This document shows positions 12,220 through 25,268 of a stretch of DNA of 64,000 bases, piece after piece. Both the position numbers and the translations under genes were made by a program. The first letter of the stretch is position 1. Each line of letters begins with the position of its first letter. The notes under the pieces were generated by a model. It was not told the DNA's origin. It worked only from the letters and a program-made list of their open reading frames with translations, and made no database searches. The stretch comes from Negaprion brevirostris (Eukaryota): positions 80,355,327 to 80,419,326 of the forward strand of contig JARDVH010000073.1 in NCBI GenBank assembly GCA_030324005.1, given 5' to 3'.

Positions 12220-13174
12220 GGGTCCGATTTTACCAAACATTCATGCCTGAAAACAGGTGCAAAATCGCAGTAAATTCGGGTGCCATGCCTTTAACACGAT
12301 CTGCACCCGAATCCGAGCAGTTCGCAGCTTTACCAACACCCAATTCGGGCATGGATCCAGTCCGCACCTGAATCGGGCGGCCTGACGATTTAAATGCATT
12401 TAATGAAACGCGCGCCCAACTTTCCCACCAAATCCTACTTTACCTTCTCTGGCCCGTTCCAGATTCGTGCTGTAAGTGACCTGCAAAATAAAAATCCGAA
12501 GCTGATTTTTATTTTGCAGGGGAACCTCCATAGCCTGGGGGGGGGTCTGCTGCCACTCTGCGGGTGACTCCTCTTCCTCACCGGATGAATGAATCCCTCC
12601 TCCTGGTTTCCTATTGCTCTAATATATATAAGACATGAGAAATATACACAAGATGTCATTTAAAAATTGAATCGCTGAATTTATTCATAAGTGTCAGAGC
12701 TTAGGCTCATTGAAGCATGCATTCGTCAATTCTCACCAACTGACGCACTGTCACAGTAGGGAGGAGGGATTTGTTCCTCTGGTGGTTCCTCTCGCAGAGT
12801 GACAGTGGACACCCTTGCTCACCCCCACCCCAACCAGAGATCCATTCCCCCTCCCCACATCAGTGAGCGATCGGGCCTCCCCACCACCAACAGACAACAA
12901 TCAGCCCTCCTCCAAGGATGATCTGTGTCAGAGAGCCGCTCTCTCTGCTTTTTTCTTTCCCGACCTGGGCGCGCTTTTTCAAATCTTTTTCGAAATGCGC
13001 ATGCACAGTTCACAGCTCCGATCGTTCTAGCAGCGCTAAGCCCCGCCCAGAGCGCAAATCGGACCAGACAGAGCCAGCAAAAGGCATATGGGTGCATTGC
13101 AATGAGGATTCCGGGCTCGGATCTGTATTGTGCCCAGATCTGGCCCTTAGACTCCAAATGGTAAAATCGGGCCC
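12220..13174. mobile_element. Non-autonomous PIF/Harbinger DNA transposon (955 bp)
   Basis: 16-bp TIRs gggtccgattttacca (12220-12235) and tggtaaaatcgggccc (13159-13174), 15/16 match. TTA TSD on both sides. CpG-rich interior. Confidence 0.88.
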
Positions 13175-14577
13175 TTAGAGTTTTTTTTTAGGAGAATTGC
13201 ACCCCCACATATCAAAACCTACAACAACTATGATTTGTTTTTTAGGGCATCTCATAAATCTGCCATCAGTTACACATGCATTCATTGGCCTTAATTTTTT
13301 TTGTGTGTCAGCTCACTTACTGTGAGCTAGTAACATCATTAACTAAGGAAATAAGGCACCTGAAACTTGGGTGAACAAGTCACCAACTATGCATATCCTT
13401 AACTAACCTGATTGAAAAATTGTGTGAAATTAACAGCGCAATGGCAGTAATTAAGTTAGAATGGAATGGATTTAACAACAAATCAGGTGGAAAAGAAAAA
13501 TCAAGAGGGAACAAAAAGATTGGAGTAAGAGAAAAAGAAAAGAAAGATACATTTCTAAAAACAGTTGAAACCTAAAAGAATGAGATCCCCCATTTATAAT
13601 GGTTAACTTTCAGTGCTAGAGATGTTAAATGCACTAACTAACACTTAAGACTTTAAAAGACTGAAATTTCCAAGACATAATAACTTAGTGTTAGCAAATA
13701 CAGCTACTTCACCACAATTAATAGATTTGAATGCTGAGCCCGACTGTGACGCAATATGTTCACAAAACTAATAACAGAGCAGGGCAGCTTAGTCAGCATT
13801 TTATAAATGTTTGACCTCAACTGGAAAACTGGATGTTGCCTGAATTCACTCTTCCAATTGTATAAATAATGAAAAGTGCTAATTGCTTGATATTTTGACA
13901 ACAAAACATGACTCAGTGTTGCAGTGTCAAGCCCTGCAGCAGCATTATTTTTGGTGAGGTGCCAATAGATGATTGTTCATTGTACAGTTCACTGTAAAGT
14001 TTGATGGTATACAGTAAACAAATCATAAGGAGGTGATTATATGATTTCAAGCTTGCAGGAGAAAAGACTGACTGAGGAAGGTGAACTCTCGGCATTAAAA
14101 TTAGGAAAAGATTGAGTTCACCTCAGATGAGCTAGGATGTTTACACAATTTAGTAGCCATGCGTTGGTGTTGTCCTCAGTGCAGCGTGAGAGCAAATAAA
14201 AAGGTGAAACCAAGGTACAGAGCCATAGCTTTTTGTCACTCTGATATCAGAGCTTTGTTGCAGAATTTTTCCAACTTTGCTTCCTCCTCAGCTGAACAGG
14301 CAGGAATATGATTGCACAAGAGCCCGCAGCCCTCTGGTATCTCTCGTAAATGGTGGTTGTTAGCTTGAGCCAAGACAATGAAATTCAGCAGGCTATTTAA
14401 TCCCCTGGGATATCACTGGAGAGCTCCACACTATTTTCACCTTATGGGAGAACAGTGCTTCAGCAGGAGTTACCTGAGCCAAATTCCACCACCTTTGCTC
14501 AGAATTATTGAGATCGGTTGTAGCATCTCAAGTGCTACTCTGCCCAATGTTAAGTAACTTGGTATAGATCAGGGATC

Positions 14578-15743
14578 TATCCTGCACTCAACGCTGGAAC
14601 ACCTAGATAACAAGGACACCTATGTCAGACTTCTATTTACTGACTACAGCTCAGCCTTCAACACTATTATTTCCACGAAACGTATCTCCAGACTCCGTGG
14701 CCTGGGCTTGGCACCTCCCTCTGACTGGATACCGAACTTCCTAACACACAGACCACAATCAGTAAGGATAGGCAACAACACCTCCTCCACAATCATCCTC
14801 AACACAGGTGCCCCACAAGGCTGTGTTCTCGGCCCCCTACTACTTATACACCTATGAATGTGTAGCCAAATTCCTCTCCAATTCGATTTTCAAGTTTGCT
14901 GACAACACCACCATAGTGGATTGGATCTCAAGCAATGACGAAACGGAGTACAGGAATGAGATCGAGAATCTGATGAACTGGTGCAGCAACAATAATCTCT
15001 GCCTTAATGTCAATAAAATGAAGGAGATTGTCATCGGTTTCAGGAAGTGTAAAGGAGAACATGCCCCTCTCCACATTAATGGAGACGAAATAGAAAGGGC
15101 CGAGAACTTTATGTTTTTAGGTTTCCAGGTCACCAACAATTTGTCCTGGTCCCCCCATGCCAAAACTATAGTTAAGAAAGCCCACCGATGTCTCTACTTT
15201 CTCACAGGACTAAGGAAATTTGGCATGTCAGCAATGACTCTCACCAACTTTTACAGATGCCCCATAGAAAGCATTCTTTCTGGTTGTATTGCGGCTTGGT
15301 ATGGTTCCTGTTCTGCCCAAGTCCGCAAGGAACTACAAAAGGTCATGAATGTAGCCCAATCCATCACACAAACTAGCCTCCCATCCATTGACTCTGTCTA
15401 CACTTCCTGCTGCCGCGGCAAAGCAGCCAGTATAATTAAGGGCCCCAAGCACCCCGGACATTCTCTCTTCCACCTTCTTCATTCAGGAAAATGATGCAAA
15501 CGTCCAAGGTCACGTATCAACCAACTCAAGAACAGCTTCTTTCCTGCTGCTGTCAGACTTTTGAATGGACTTACCTTGCATTAAGTTGATCGTTTTCTAC
15601 CACCTAGTTATGACTGTAACACTACATTCTGCACTGTCTCGTTTCCTTCTCTATAAACGGTATGTTTTGTCCACGTAGTGCGCAAGAAACAGTGCTTTTC
15701 ACTGTATGTTAATACATATGACAATAATAAATTAAATCAAATC
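14578..15743 (+). mobile_element. Rex1/Babar-clade LINE, 5'-truncated
   Basis: [25 protein letters not shown], a frameshifted PQGCVL motif and KFADNTT. ORF 14808..15494. Tail aataataaattaaatcaaatca. Confidence 0.9.
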
Positions 15744-16074
15744 AGAACTGGAATTGATGCATTACCATGCCAGAAAATGCTTTTGTCAACTGATCGAGTA
15801 GGGTGGCTTTACAGCTATTTTTATGTTTACTGTGGCAAATATACTCTTGAGTTTGACTGATTTCTGTATTAGTTACAAGTTATGCAAACTCTGCAAAATG
15901 TGGACCGCATTGCCTATATGTCCTTTTCAAATTTCCAATTTTTCATATAGACCAATGCACCAGCATTGTTATGACTTGATTTTTTTTTAAGAAGAATGTG
16001 GAATTAGGAAACAGGATGCTTAAATGCATTCTGCTGTGATCTCCTTGGCTGACTAATAATTTTAATTTGTGTAG

Positions 16075-16204
16075 TTGCTGTGGACAGGAAGAGTCGACTT
16101 ACTATGCTATTTGGAGTGACAACAAGACATTGGATGAGGTCATCATCTCTGCTGCCATGCTGAACGAGCACATGCCTCATGTTGTTATGGATGGTCTGCA
16201 CAAG
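16075..16204 (+). CDS. DAGLA: DAGLA coding exon with cysteine cluster and presumed catalytic His
   Basis: Acceptor ttgtgtAG and donor GTattt at 16205. Translates (C)CCGQEESTYYAIWSDNKTLDEVIISAAMLNEHMPHVVMDGLHK. The His of NEHMP (16169-16171) aligns with the catalytic-triad His in human HEHLP. Phase 2 to 0. Confidence 0.96.
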
Positions 16205-16689
16205 GTATTTGTCAAAGTGATTTTGCCCAGAACTGAACAAAATACAGAAACGTGCAAAGTTAATGATCGGCGATAAACTGTTTTAGTATTTCGTCCTTTG
16301 ATTTCTCAAACTTGAGTTCAAATTGAGGGTAAATATGAAATGAAGCTCCTTTTCTTCACTGGGTATAATGGCTAAATATGAAATGAGTTTAGAGAGTCTC
16401 ATATTGGTTTGCAGTGGATTTAATCCACAAAAAAAAACTTCAAATTTGACTTAAAAATGTCACTTGCTGTTCCAAGTCCTCTAGGATAGCTGCTGTTTAT
16501 AATGAAAAATGTCACAATTACTATTGGGGATATTTTACAAAAATTGAAGTGATTGAGGGGTATAGGTAAACAAAAAGTGACTTCACTCTGCAGCTATAAT
16601 GTGCTTTATTCAACTGATAGTTCTGCTGCTGACATTGCACAGTTGGAATTAATTCTCAAAACTAACATCCCTCACGGTGGTGAATGCAA

Positions 16690-16923
16690 CAAGTCATGGA
16701 CTTTTGTCCTTAGAGGCCAGAACACCATTTCTGAATAATGTCCCAAGTCTTCAGAATCAATCTTAAAAAGCAGATGAAACCTTAGTTTGAAGTCTTATCC
16801 AAAAGACATTGGACCTTCAATTAGTATATGTTGACAGCCTAGGTTTTGTGTTCCTATGCTGAAGTGGGGTTGAACCTCGTTTTCACTCAGACAAGATAAC
16901 TAGTAATTGAATCAAACTAACAC
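16690..16923 (-). mobile_element. Degenerate Deu-domain SINE (SacSINE1/AmnSINE1-like)
   Basis: gcagatgaaaccttagtttgaagtcttatccaaaagac resembles the reverse complement of the recalled Deu core GTCTTTCGGATGAGACGTTAAACCGAGG. It is followed by a B-box-like ggggttgaacc. Confidence 0.5.
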
Positions 16924-17354
16924 CAAAATCGTTGTCTTTAAAGACTTTGAGAATACAAGTAGACTGAATCAAAATGTTAGACCATTATAACTTATTCAAG
17001 GTCAGGAATAGAAAAGATTAGATGGACACCTTGTTCTTTTCTGTAACTTTTCATTGTATTACATAAATCTTTGTCTTGTATCAGTCAGTCTTACAGTGAA
17101 TCTCCTACTTGTGTGTTGAATGGAATCCGCAAACGCTTTTACTCAAGCTAACAGTACAATTCCACATCGTGTCTTTCTCCACAGTAATTATCACTCTTTT
17201 GTTATCCTGGGGACAGGTGAATGCTCATGATTTCAGTTATGCTCCCAGTCACTGCATATATCCAGACTGTGGAATCGCATATAAAAGTTAGCTCATTTGA
17301 AGGAATAACATTGTTTTTGAATGTGAAAAAAAGATAAAACAGCAAAGAATTTCA

Positions 17355-17552
17355 GAAATAAAAACAGTCAATTCTGCAAATGCTCAGCAATTTAGGCAGC
17401 ATCTGTGAGAGAAACAAAGTTAATGTTCCAGGTACATGACTTTTCATCATAACTGTTCTGATGAAAGGTCATTGACCTGAAACATTAACTCTGTCTTTTC
17501 ACAAGTGTTGCCTGACCTGTTCAGTATTTCTAGCATTTTTTGTTATACTTTC
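17355..17552. mobile_element. Palindromic element with two diverging hammerhead-like cores
   Basis: About 100-bp imperfect inverted arms centred on 17454. The + core reads gtt-CTGATGA-a-AGGTCatTGACCT-GAAA-cattaac (17455-17489). Confidence 0.75.
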
Positions 17553-19903
17553 AGAGTTCCAGTATTTGCATTAGTGTACTTTTAAATTAATGAATTCCAA
17601 ATCTGTGAACTTTTTAGAACTAAGCAACCTGTAATTACAGCACAAGAGATATGATCAATAGGAACTCTGCCTTAGGCTAGACGTGGGATAGATCATGACT
17701 AGTCCTGAAATCATATTGTACATTAATGCAATATATGTTCTTCATTTTTATCTAGTTAGATGTCAGTAATGTGTTGTTCTGAAAACAAACAAAACCTGTG
17801 GATATTTTATTCAGCAATTTTTAATTTATATTTGTGGCAGAAAATTCTTTTTTCAATCTTCTATGGTAGAATGAGTGGAGTAGCTACAGATATAAATTGA
17901 TGTAAATGAAATAAAGTACAGGGTATTCTCTGGAGAGTTTCTTTCTAAAAAGCAGCTATAGAATGCAGTTGCTCAGGGAGCGATTTGACTGCTCCATCAA
18001 AGTAAATTTTAAGAAAGGATACCAATCGGGGCTGTATAAACCACAGAGAAGGAAAGGAATCAATGTCTGAAATGCAGAGTGAGAAACCTTAAGTGTGTAA
18101 ATCACTGCAGTGCAAGATTCCTCAGGAGACTCACATCCAGTTTTCAAGAAAGTTATTGAAATGAATTAAAATACATCATGCACAGCACAGTTGATGAGAA
18201 ATGGTCTCGACGATCATGTCCTGAAGTAATTCTCAGTACTTAACTTGTCACTGCCAAGAACAAAGCAAAATCAGCAAGGTTAAACTAAATTTTTTTTTAA
18301 AACAGTTAAGCTCAGGTGTTTTAAAAAAATTAGCATTTTGAAATTTTATTTCATATTTAATGATTTGGAGATTCATCGCACTTCTGTTCAGTCTTGCCAG
18401 CTAGTTGTAGATTTGTTTGTGAACCAGTTACATTGGTGCATGTAATTCTGAGTATGTTAGAAAGGGAACCATGTAGTAGAGTTTGGGGGTTAAAGGATTA
18501 TAAATATCTAGCAATGGACAACTCAGCATACTGTTATTCAAAATTTCAATCCTGGTTGGATTCAACATCTCCAAAACTTAGTTATTTGGTTGACTGGTGA
18601 TATGCAGTAAGATCAGTTCTGTTGCCAGCAGTGTTGGGTAAAATTTTATTAAGTGTTATAATTTCTACAATGTTAGCTCCTGTATTTTACAAGGGTTCAT
18701 TTTGGATGCAATAGCTTTCCTATTTGGCAAGGGTGTCCTCCCTTTTTTATTTCATTCCATGTTCCAAACTTTTCATTTTGCTGACCTCAGTGAAGGAAAA
18801 GTACAATTAGAGTAAGTTTCAGCTTTTTAAGCCTGTGATGTCCAGTAGTTGCTACTTTAAATGGAAATGCACATCCATCACTCTCTGGAGTGACATTAAC
18901 AATTTGAGACATTTTTTTCTCTCAGTGCAGAATGACCAAAAAGATGAGAGCTAATAAACATTCAGATCTTTGATTGACAGTATCAATTCCCCTCTATGTG
19001 CAGGAGTGTGAAAGAATGTTAGAAGAAAAGAACTTTATTTTTCTACAGAGCTTCAACTATGTGGTCATGTCATAGAAATCAAATGAAAAGCAATAACGTT
19101 TGAAGTGTTCAGGCTTCCCGTATTGATTTGAGTAATTCATTAAGTGAAAAACTGAGGCACAATCTGTTTCAGAAACACTTGCAACAAGATGATTAGATAT
19201 AACACTGAACTGTGTTGGGTGTAGAGTGCTCTCACAGCATTACTCATGAACCAGCTGAATTTCATGGCAATTGAATTTAAAATCCTCATTGTGTTTAAGA
19301 TGTTATTTGAAAATTTCCTGCATAGGATAGGGGAGGTATACAGCAACTTAAACAGCTTTCCACCCTGAGGTTACACCAAAACACAGAACAGTTAAACTAG
19401 TTTATCCCAGTAAACTCTGCATGGAACTTACTTGATTGAACAGTAATTTCTGGCATAACTACTGCACAACTAGCATGATTTGTTGGGGCTGAATAATCTG
19501 TTTTTGTGCTTAAAATATAATGACAGGAAATTCAGGACCGATGTGTCACAAGAACACGCACCATTTTGATCCTTTCAAGTTCTCATGTCAGCTTTCCTTG
19601 TTACCTCACTGAATAAAATTACTAATTTATTGCTAATTTTGTGCTATGGCTCATGATGTTCAAAATGGGTTGAGCTTGCTTAACAGGCAGATTGGGCTTT
19701 CATCCCAATAAAATTCAAACCAAAGTGGCTTTGAATCAAGGTCCTTAAGATAATCCACTCTACCGCCCAGCTCGTCCCCAATTTGTCTTCATTCCTAAGT
19801 GACTTCACCTATTTTTAAGAGATGACCTAGAAAGGATGAATTAAGCCAGTGTGACCTGATTTACTTAGCTTGTATTAAATAATGTATTTTCCTTCCCAAC
19901 CAG

Positions 19904-20058
19904 GTCTTAGAAAATTACAACAAGGGGAAGACAGCTTTACTGGGAGCAGCAAAGGTAATGGTCAGCCCAACCGAGGTGGATTTGAATCCTGACATGGTTG
20001 TTCAACAGCAACCTCAACCAATAAAACAAGGAGACCAAAGGAGGAACACCAGTCTAAA
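19904..20058 (+). CDS. DAGLA: DAGLA penultimate coding exon
   Basis: Acceptor ttccttcccaaccAG and donor GTaaga at 20059. Translates VLENYNKGKTALLGAAKVMVSPTEVDLNPDMVVQQQPQPIKQGDQRRNTSL(K), matching recalled human VLENYNKGKTALLSAAKVMVSPTEVDL. Phase 0 to 2. Not in the ORF track. Confidence 0.95.
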
Positions 20059-20959
20059 GTAAGAGTACACCACAGTAAATGTAGTGGTCAGTACAAAGCA
20101 GAAAGTCCAAAACTGGAGAGGGGGTAAAGTATGGGTATGGCTCAAGTTCTCTATTTAGAGAAACTGGATAACAAATCTGCGCCCATATTATTAGACAAAA
20201 AGTCAGAGGAACAAATATTCCTATCTTTAAAAACATCATGCATTTTCTGTTGTCATCCAGAAGTTTCTGCTCAACGACTAAAAGGTGCCATATGTAAGTG
20301 AAAGCTCTCAGAACCTAGCTGAAATTTACAGGAAGGCAGAGAAAGTATGAGATTCATGTTATACATGGAATATATTTTAAAAACAATGGCTTGTTGACAG
20401 GCATTCTTAATGTACACCCATTCTTTATTTAAGGCTCTTCTTCAGTCTCCCAAATCATTCGCTCTTCAGTGTCCTTAATTGCCTGGAAAAGTGGGGTTGG
20501 TCAAAGATAGGCATTTCTTTGCAAGTAGATGGCTGTCAATTCTGATACAGTGCCACACAGACGTAAACCTAGGTTTGAAGGTGTAGCCACTAATATTAAG
20601 CACAGGTTTTTCTTGGATTGCAACTTGTAGCTTTGATTGGTGGTTCTGGTGGAGCACTGAACAAAGTTGAGATGGTAGATCAGATAAGTGAAGAGAAGGA
20701 ACAGAACACAACTTTGATTAGACTTTATTTAGAAGACCTTGTCCAGTTTTCATGTTCATCTGTACGAGACAAGCTGGGTGAACTTTGCCTGACAGATATT
20801 TTTGTATGTTCACAACTTTCTAAACAAACCAAGAATAGCTTGCATACTTGATTAATTTGAGCCTATTGACATTCAATAAGTTTTATTACGGAGGGATATG
20901 GGACACTTTCCTTCATAATTTTCTCATCTATTGGCTAACCACAACAATATGTATTTTTA

Positions 20960-22632
20960 AAAAGTGTATTTAAACCCTTTTGAATGCTGGGACTCAAACA
21001 AGCTTTATTGTAAGTTGAAAACATTCATTTCCATAACTCTTGAAATGTAAAAATCCATTTCCCAAACACACTGGCACACACACGCAAGATTATTTCCTAG
21101 AGATGTAATATGCATTTAGATTGTTATACAGCTAAAACATGTCACTTTACACAATCCTTAAGATGGTGATTAAAAACATTGCAGGCCTGAAGGATTCCTT
21201 GAAGATAAATGGAGATTCAAAGTTTCTGCCTTTTCAATCAAAATTGTGGTGAACCTCAGCACTCAGCAAAGTCCTTTTTACTTTAAGTAACTCCCCTGAA
21301 ATATGAAATATGTCCAGAGATTTCTATTTGGAAACCACAAAAGAAATCACCTAACTTTTTGGAGTCCGTTTTGTGAAGGTACTGTCCATATTGCATGTTG
21401 TCTTTCAAACGTATCTTCCAATGCGCTTGCGGACAGGTGACACGACCATAACATCAACCTTTGTAAAATAAAGGGTAAAATTAAATTCCCTGGCACTTCT
21501 TTTGTTATACATCAGTAAGAAAAGATAAAACACAATCGCAGAAATTCACACATATGTGCGCCACCAACAAATTGTTATTAAACCTTCAACAGCTTACTTT
21601 TATAACATTTGCTTGTTTTAAAATTTGTGTAATACAGTATCCCTTAGGGTGAGGCAAAAATATCCTGGTCAGGGTACTTTGGTAGCGAGGAAGGCCTTTT
21701 CCAGCTTACACTGCTGGTGCTTTCTCTTGCTGCATTTCTCTCTCGCTTGTTCTTTCCCTTTCTCCTATCTGCTTTTTTTCTCTTAGGAACTCTAATTCTA
21801 TTTTTACACATGGCAATTTCTTTATCTATTTAAATTCTAGCTAACAGCACTTTGTTAGTTTTTCATTCTAAGCTTGCTTCCTCTGTCTCTGGTTCAATAT
21901 CAAAGTGATAAGCTTGAATTTGAATAATTTGGGCCCTTCTTGTGTTAGGTCTTCTATTTAAATATATCTGCTTAACTACAGCTCTCGTGGTCCTCAATAT
22001 TTTTTGCTTTTCATGCAGTCCAAGTTACAGCATCCTCTTCTATGAGGCTTTTAGCTTCAAATGTGCCTGTCTTGTATACTTGGCGCAGTAAAACTACAGG
22101 AAACCCTGCTGCTTGATTTTTCCTTCTGCTTTTTTGTTCCACCAATTTCAACCTCCCACTTCCAATTTAATTGCCATCCACTGGTTTCAAATCTTGAACT
22201 TGAGCTACCAGTTTTGCACAAACGGGGTAAGATATGGGAAAATTTTCCCCCTTGCTTTTCACCTCGTGCTGAGATGTATTTCTGGGAAGGAATGTTTAAA
22301 CTCTTTTGAGTGTCATGACTTCAAAAAAACAGACACAAATGGGCTTTCTTATAACTTTAAATAAAAAGAAATGATGAATGTTTATTTCCACAAGACTCAA
22401 AATGGAAAAGCAACTAACACCCACTCCCCAAACCTGTAGGCACACATACAAGAAAAGAGATTTCTAGAGATACAAGACACATTTAGATTATTAAAAGAAT
22501 GAAACAAACAGGTCATTTCTTTGCACAGCCTTTATGATGGTGGTTGAAAATGTTGCCGGCCTGAGGAATTCTCCCCCTGAAGATAAATGGATATTGGAAG
22601 TTTCTAGCTTTTCAATCAAAATTGTGGTGAAG
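20960..22632 (-). mobile_element. Degenerate LTR-retroelement-like remnant bounded by diverged direct repeats
   Basis: About 20970-21252 resembles 22295-22631 (e.g. tgaagataaatgga and cttttcaatcaaaattgtggtgaa). The interior minus strand has a charged, gag-like stretch. Confidence 0.4.
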
Positions 22633-23069
22633 AAATATTTTTGCAGGTAACAGGAATTAGCCCCTATTTACTGCCTGTGGTGATTGTTCTCTGGGCGAGA
22701 GAGCTCTTCCTCTGAGGTGCTAGTCCCAGACTACCTTGATGGGTTAACCTCGTGGATTAATAAGTATCAGTTCCTTCTCTAGATAATTTTAGTCTGTGAG
22801 GAAAATGTCAATTTAGCTCATTGTCCACATAAGAGGTTGAAGTTGCTGCAATTGACACAATAGAGCAATCACTTTAATATCTAGCTATGATCATTCTCAC
22901 TGAATGTCCTTATGAGAAATCCCATTTTTGTGGGCCTTGTGGATCTAGCCATTGTCGTTTAAGTCTCTCCCATTGAAATGTTGAGGGGCAATCAGTCAGC
23001 ACCTGGCAAGGCCATTTACATTTTAAGTGACTCCTCAAGAATATGTCTGCTTCAAAATTCCTGAATTCT

Positions 23070-23330
23070 GGAATCCCTACAGTACAGAAGGAGACCATTC
23101 GACCCATCTGGTCTGCACTGACTATACAGTATCTTACCCAGGTCCGCTTCCCAACTCCTTAACCCCACACACTTACCACGGCTAATACTACATACCTTGG
23201 GGCACAAAGGGGATTTTTTTTTAACCATTGCCAATCCACTGCACATCTTTGGACTATGGGAGGAAACTGGAGTAGTCAGAGGAATCACATGCAGACATGG
23301 GGAGAATGTGCAAACTCTACATTGACATTT
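23070..23330 (-). mobile_element. HE1-type V-SINE
   Basis: Reverse complement of the V-domain (ggactatgggaggaaactggag) and CR1-derived tail (gaatccctacagtacagaaggagaccattc). Confidence 0.85.
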
Positions 23331-24679
23331 TACAGTGTCCATATCTCATGCTGCTTTCTATGAGTGCAAAGCATACAATGTCCATCTCCCAGTACACTTC
23401 ATGGACATATGCCAAGACCATAACACCTGCATGTTTAGTATTACACGTTTAATGATATTCTATTTGTTGTCAGCTGAAACACTATTGAACAACCTTCCAC
23501 AATCAATTTACTTTAGTTTTCTTCTTTTCAATTTAGCCTTTGAAATTTGAATAAATGAAAATTGCTTTGCCTTTATGTGAAGACTGAAGCCAGTCTGACT
23601 TTGTTCATTTGTATGTTGACATTATGTTGGACAATAGCTGTATTTTTTACCCTACATCAGGTCTATCACTATGCAAATGTGGGAATGGGAAGATGTCAGG
23701 ATAGCATTCTGCTACTTCAGGAATTTTGACCATAAACATACCTGCTTCACCCCACTGCTGCTGAAACCATAATTTATATTTTACTTCCCTACAAAGTCAA
23801 TTTCTCAAATGCTCTTCTCAGCTGTGTTTCCTTCCTCATCTTTTATCAGCAGATCAAGAATTTTGCCACCCAAGGTCTCCCCCGTGCAATGCTTCAGGCA
23901 CCTTAGGATCTCTCCACAGAAATGCTTTATCCTGTCTGAGTAGTTCAGTCATGTTTACTAGATCATACCCCCTGTTTTTCTGCCTGCCTTCTATCTAACT
24001 GTTGTGAGCTCCTTCCTCCAATCAGTTGGAAGTCAACTTACTTCACTTAATTGTCTGTCTGTTTTGATTTCGGAAGCCGCCTAAAGTCTACGCCCTTGGC
24101 CTCTTCACATTTCTCCCTCAAATCCTTTNNNNNNNNNNNNNNNNNNNNNNNNNNNNNNNNNNNNNNNNNNNNNNNNNNNNNNNNNNNNNNNNNNNNNNNN
24201 NNNNNNNNNNNNNNNNNNNNNNNNNNNNGATACCTCACTCCTCTCCCAACACCTCTCTACGGCACCCAATCACACCCTCCCTGGGCTTAACTTGAGTCTG
24301 GTCCTCATGCTGTCTTCTTCAGGGGACTGTTTAGTGACTCAGCAGCGTCCACTACTTGAGTTCTGGCACAGCTGGGACCATAAGAGCTGCCAACCAAGCA
24401 GCTTAGCCTTCCACTAATGGGCAGAAGTCCTTCTCTGAGCTTCTTACAGCCTCCCACAGCATAATATCTCTGTGGGGCTTTTTCAAAGTTGTTTGGTTTG
24501 CGACCAACTTTTCTAGTGGGGTGGATGGAGGGAGAGACGCAGTTGGGCAATGTCATCTATCATCTTGCTCCCCCCACTCCCTGAAAAATTCAAGATGTTG
24601 TTAAATCTTAATGTGATGTCATGGAAAATTTCTGCCCTAACTGCCCTGGTCCTAGGCTTGGGCTGTTGCTTGTGTTTCT

Positions 24680-25160
24680 CATAGAATCATACAGTGCAAA
24701 AGAAGTCTTCAACCCATTGAATCCACACCAAAATGTGAGAAACACCTGAACTTTCACCTATTCCCATCTACTTGGCCCACAGCCTTGAATCTTGTGATGT
24801 CGCAAGCAACCTGCCTCTAGCACTCTCCCAGGCCACGCATTCCAGATCATCACCACTCTCTGGGTAAAAATGTTTTCCTCACATTCCCCCCCTAAACCTT
24901 CTGTCCCTCACCTTGAACCTCGTGACTGACCTCTCAACTAAGGGGAACAGCTAGCTGCTTCTTATCCACTCTGTCCATGTCCCTCATAACCTTGTACACC
25001 TTGATTGCCCCTTAGTCTTCTCTGCTTCAGCAAAAACAACCCATTACCTATCCAACATCTCTTCATAACTTAAATGTTCCATCCCAGGCAGCATTCTGGT
25101 AGATCTCCTCTACACCCCCTTCAGTGTAATCACATCTATCCTATAATGTGGCAACCAAAA
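24680..25160 (-). mobile_element. CR1 LINE 3' fragment
   Basis: catagaatcatacag tail and degenerate ORF2 C-terminus on the minus strand. Confidence 0.8.
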
Positions 25161-25268
25161 CTTTCTGTTGTAATTATTACTTGCGCATGTTGGATTGCTC
25201 AATTTTTGTTTTACTCCTCTTGCTATCTCATTGATTTTAAAAACAGCTATTAAAAGTAAGCTATTTAA

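Noticed and set aside
14808-15494. 228-aa ORF as a nested gene or domesticated RT
   Set aside because: It is part of a 5'-truncated, frameshifted Rex1 copy with a mutated FADD (FADN).
16205-16276. Read-through of the His-containing exon as an alternative C-terminus
   Set aside because: A 23-codon open stretch is expected by chance, and there is no nearby canonical polyA signal or recognisable homology.
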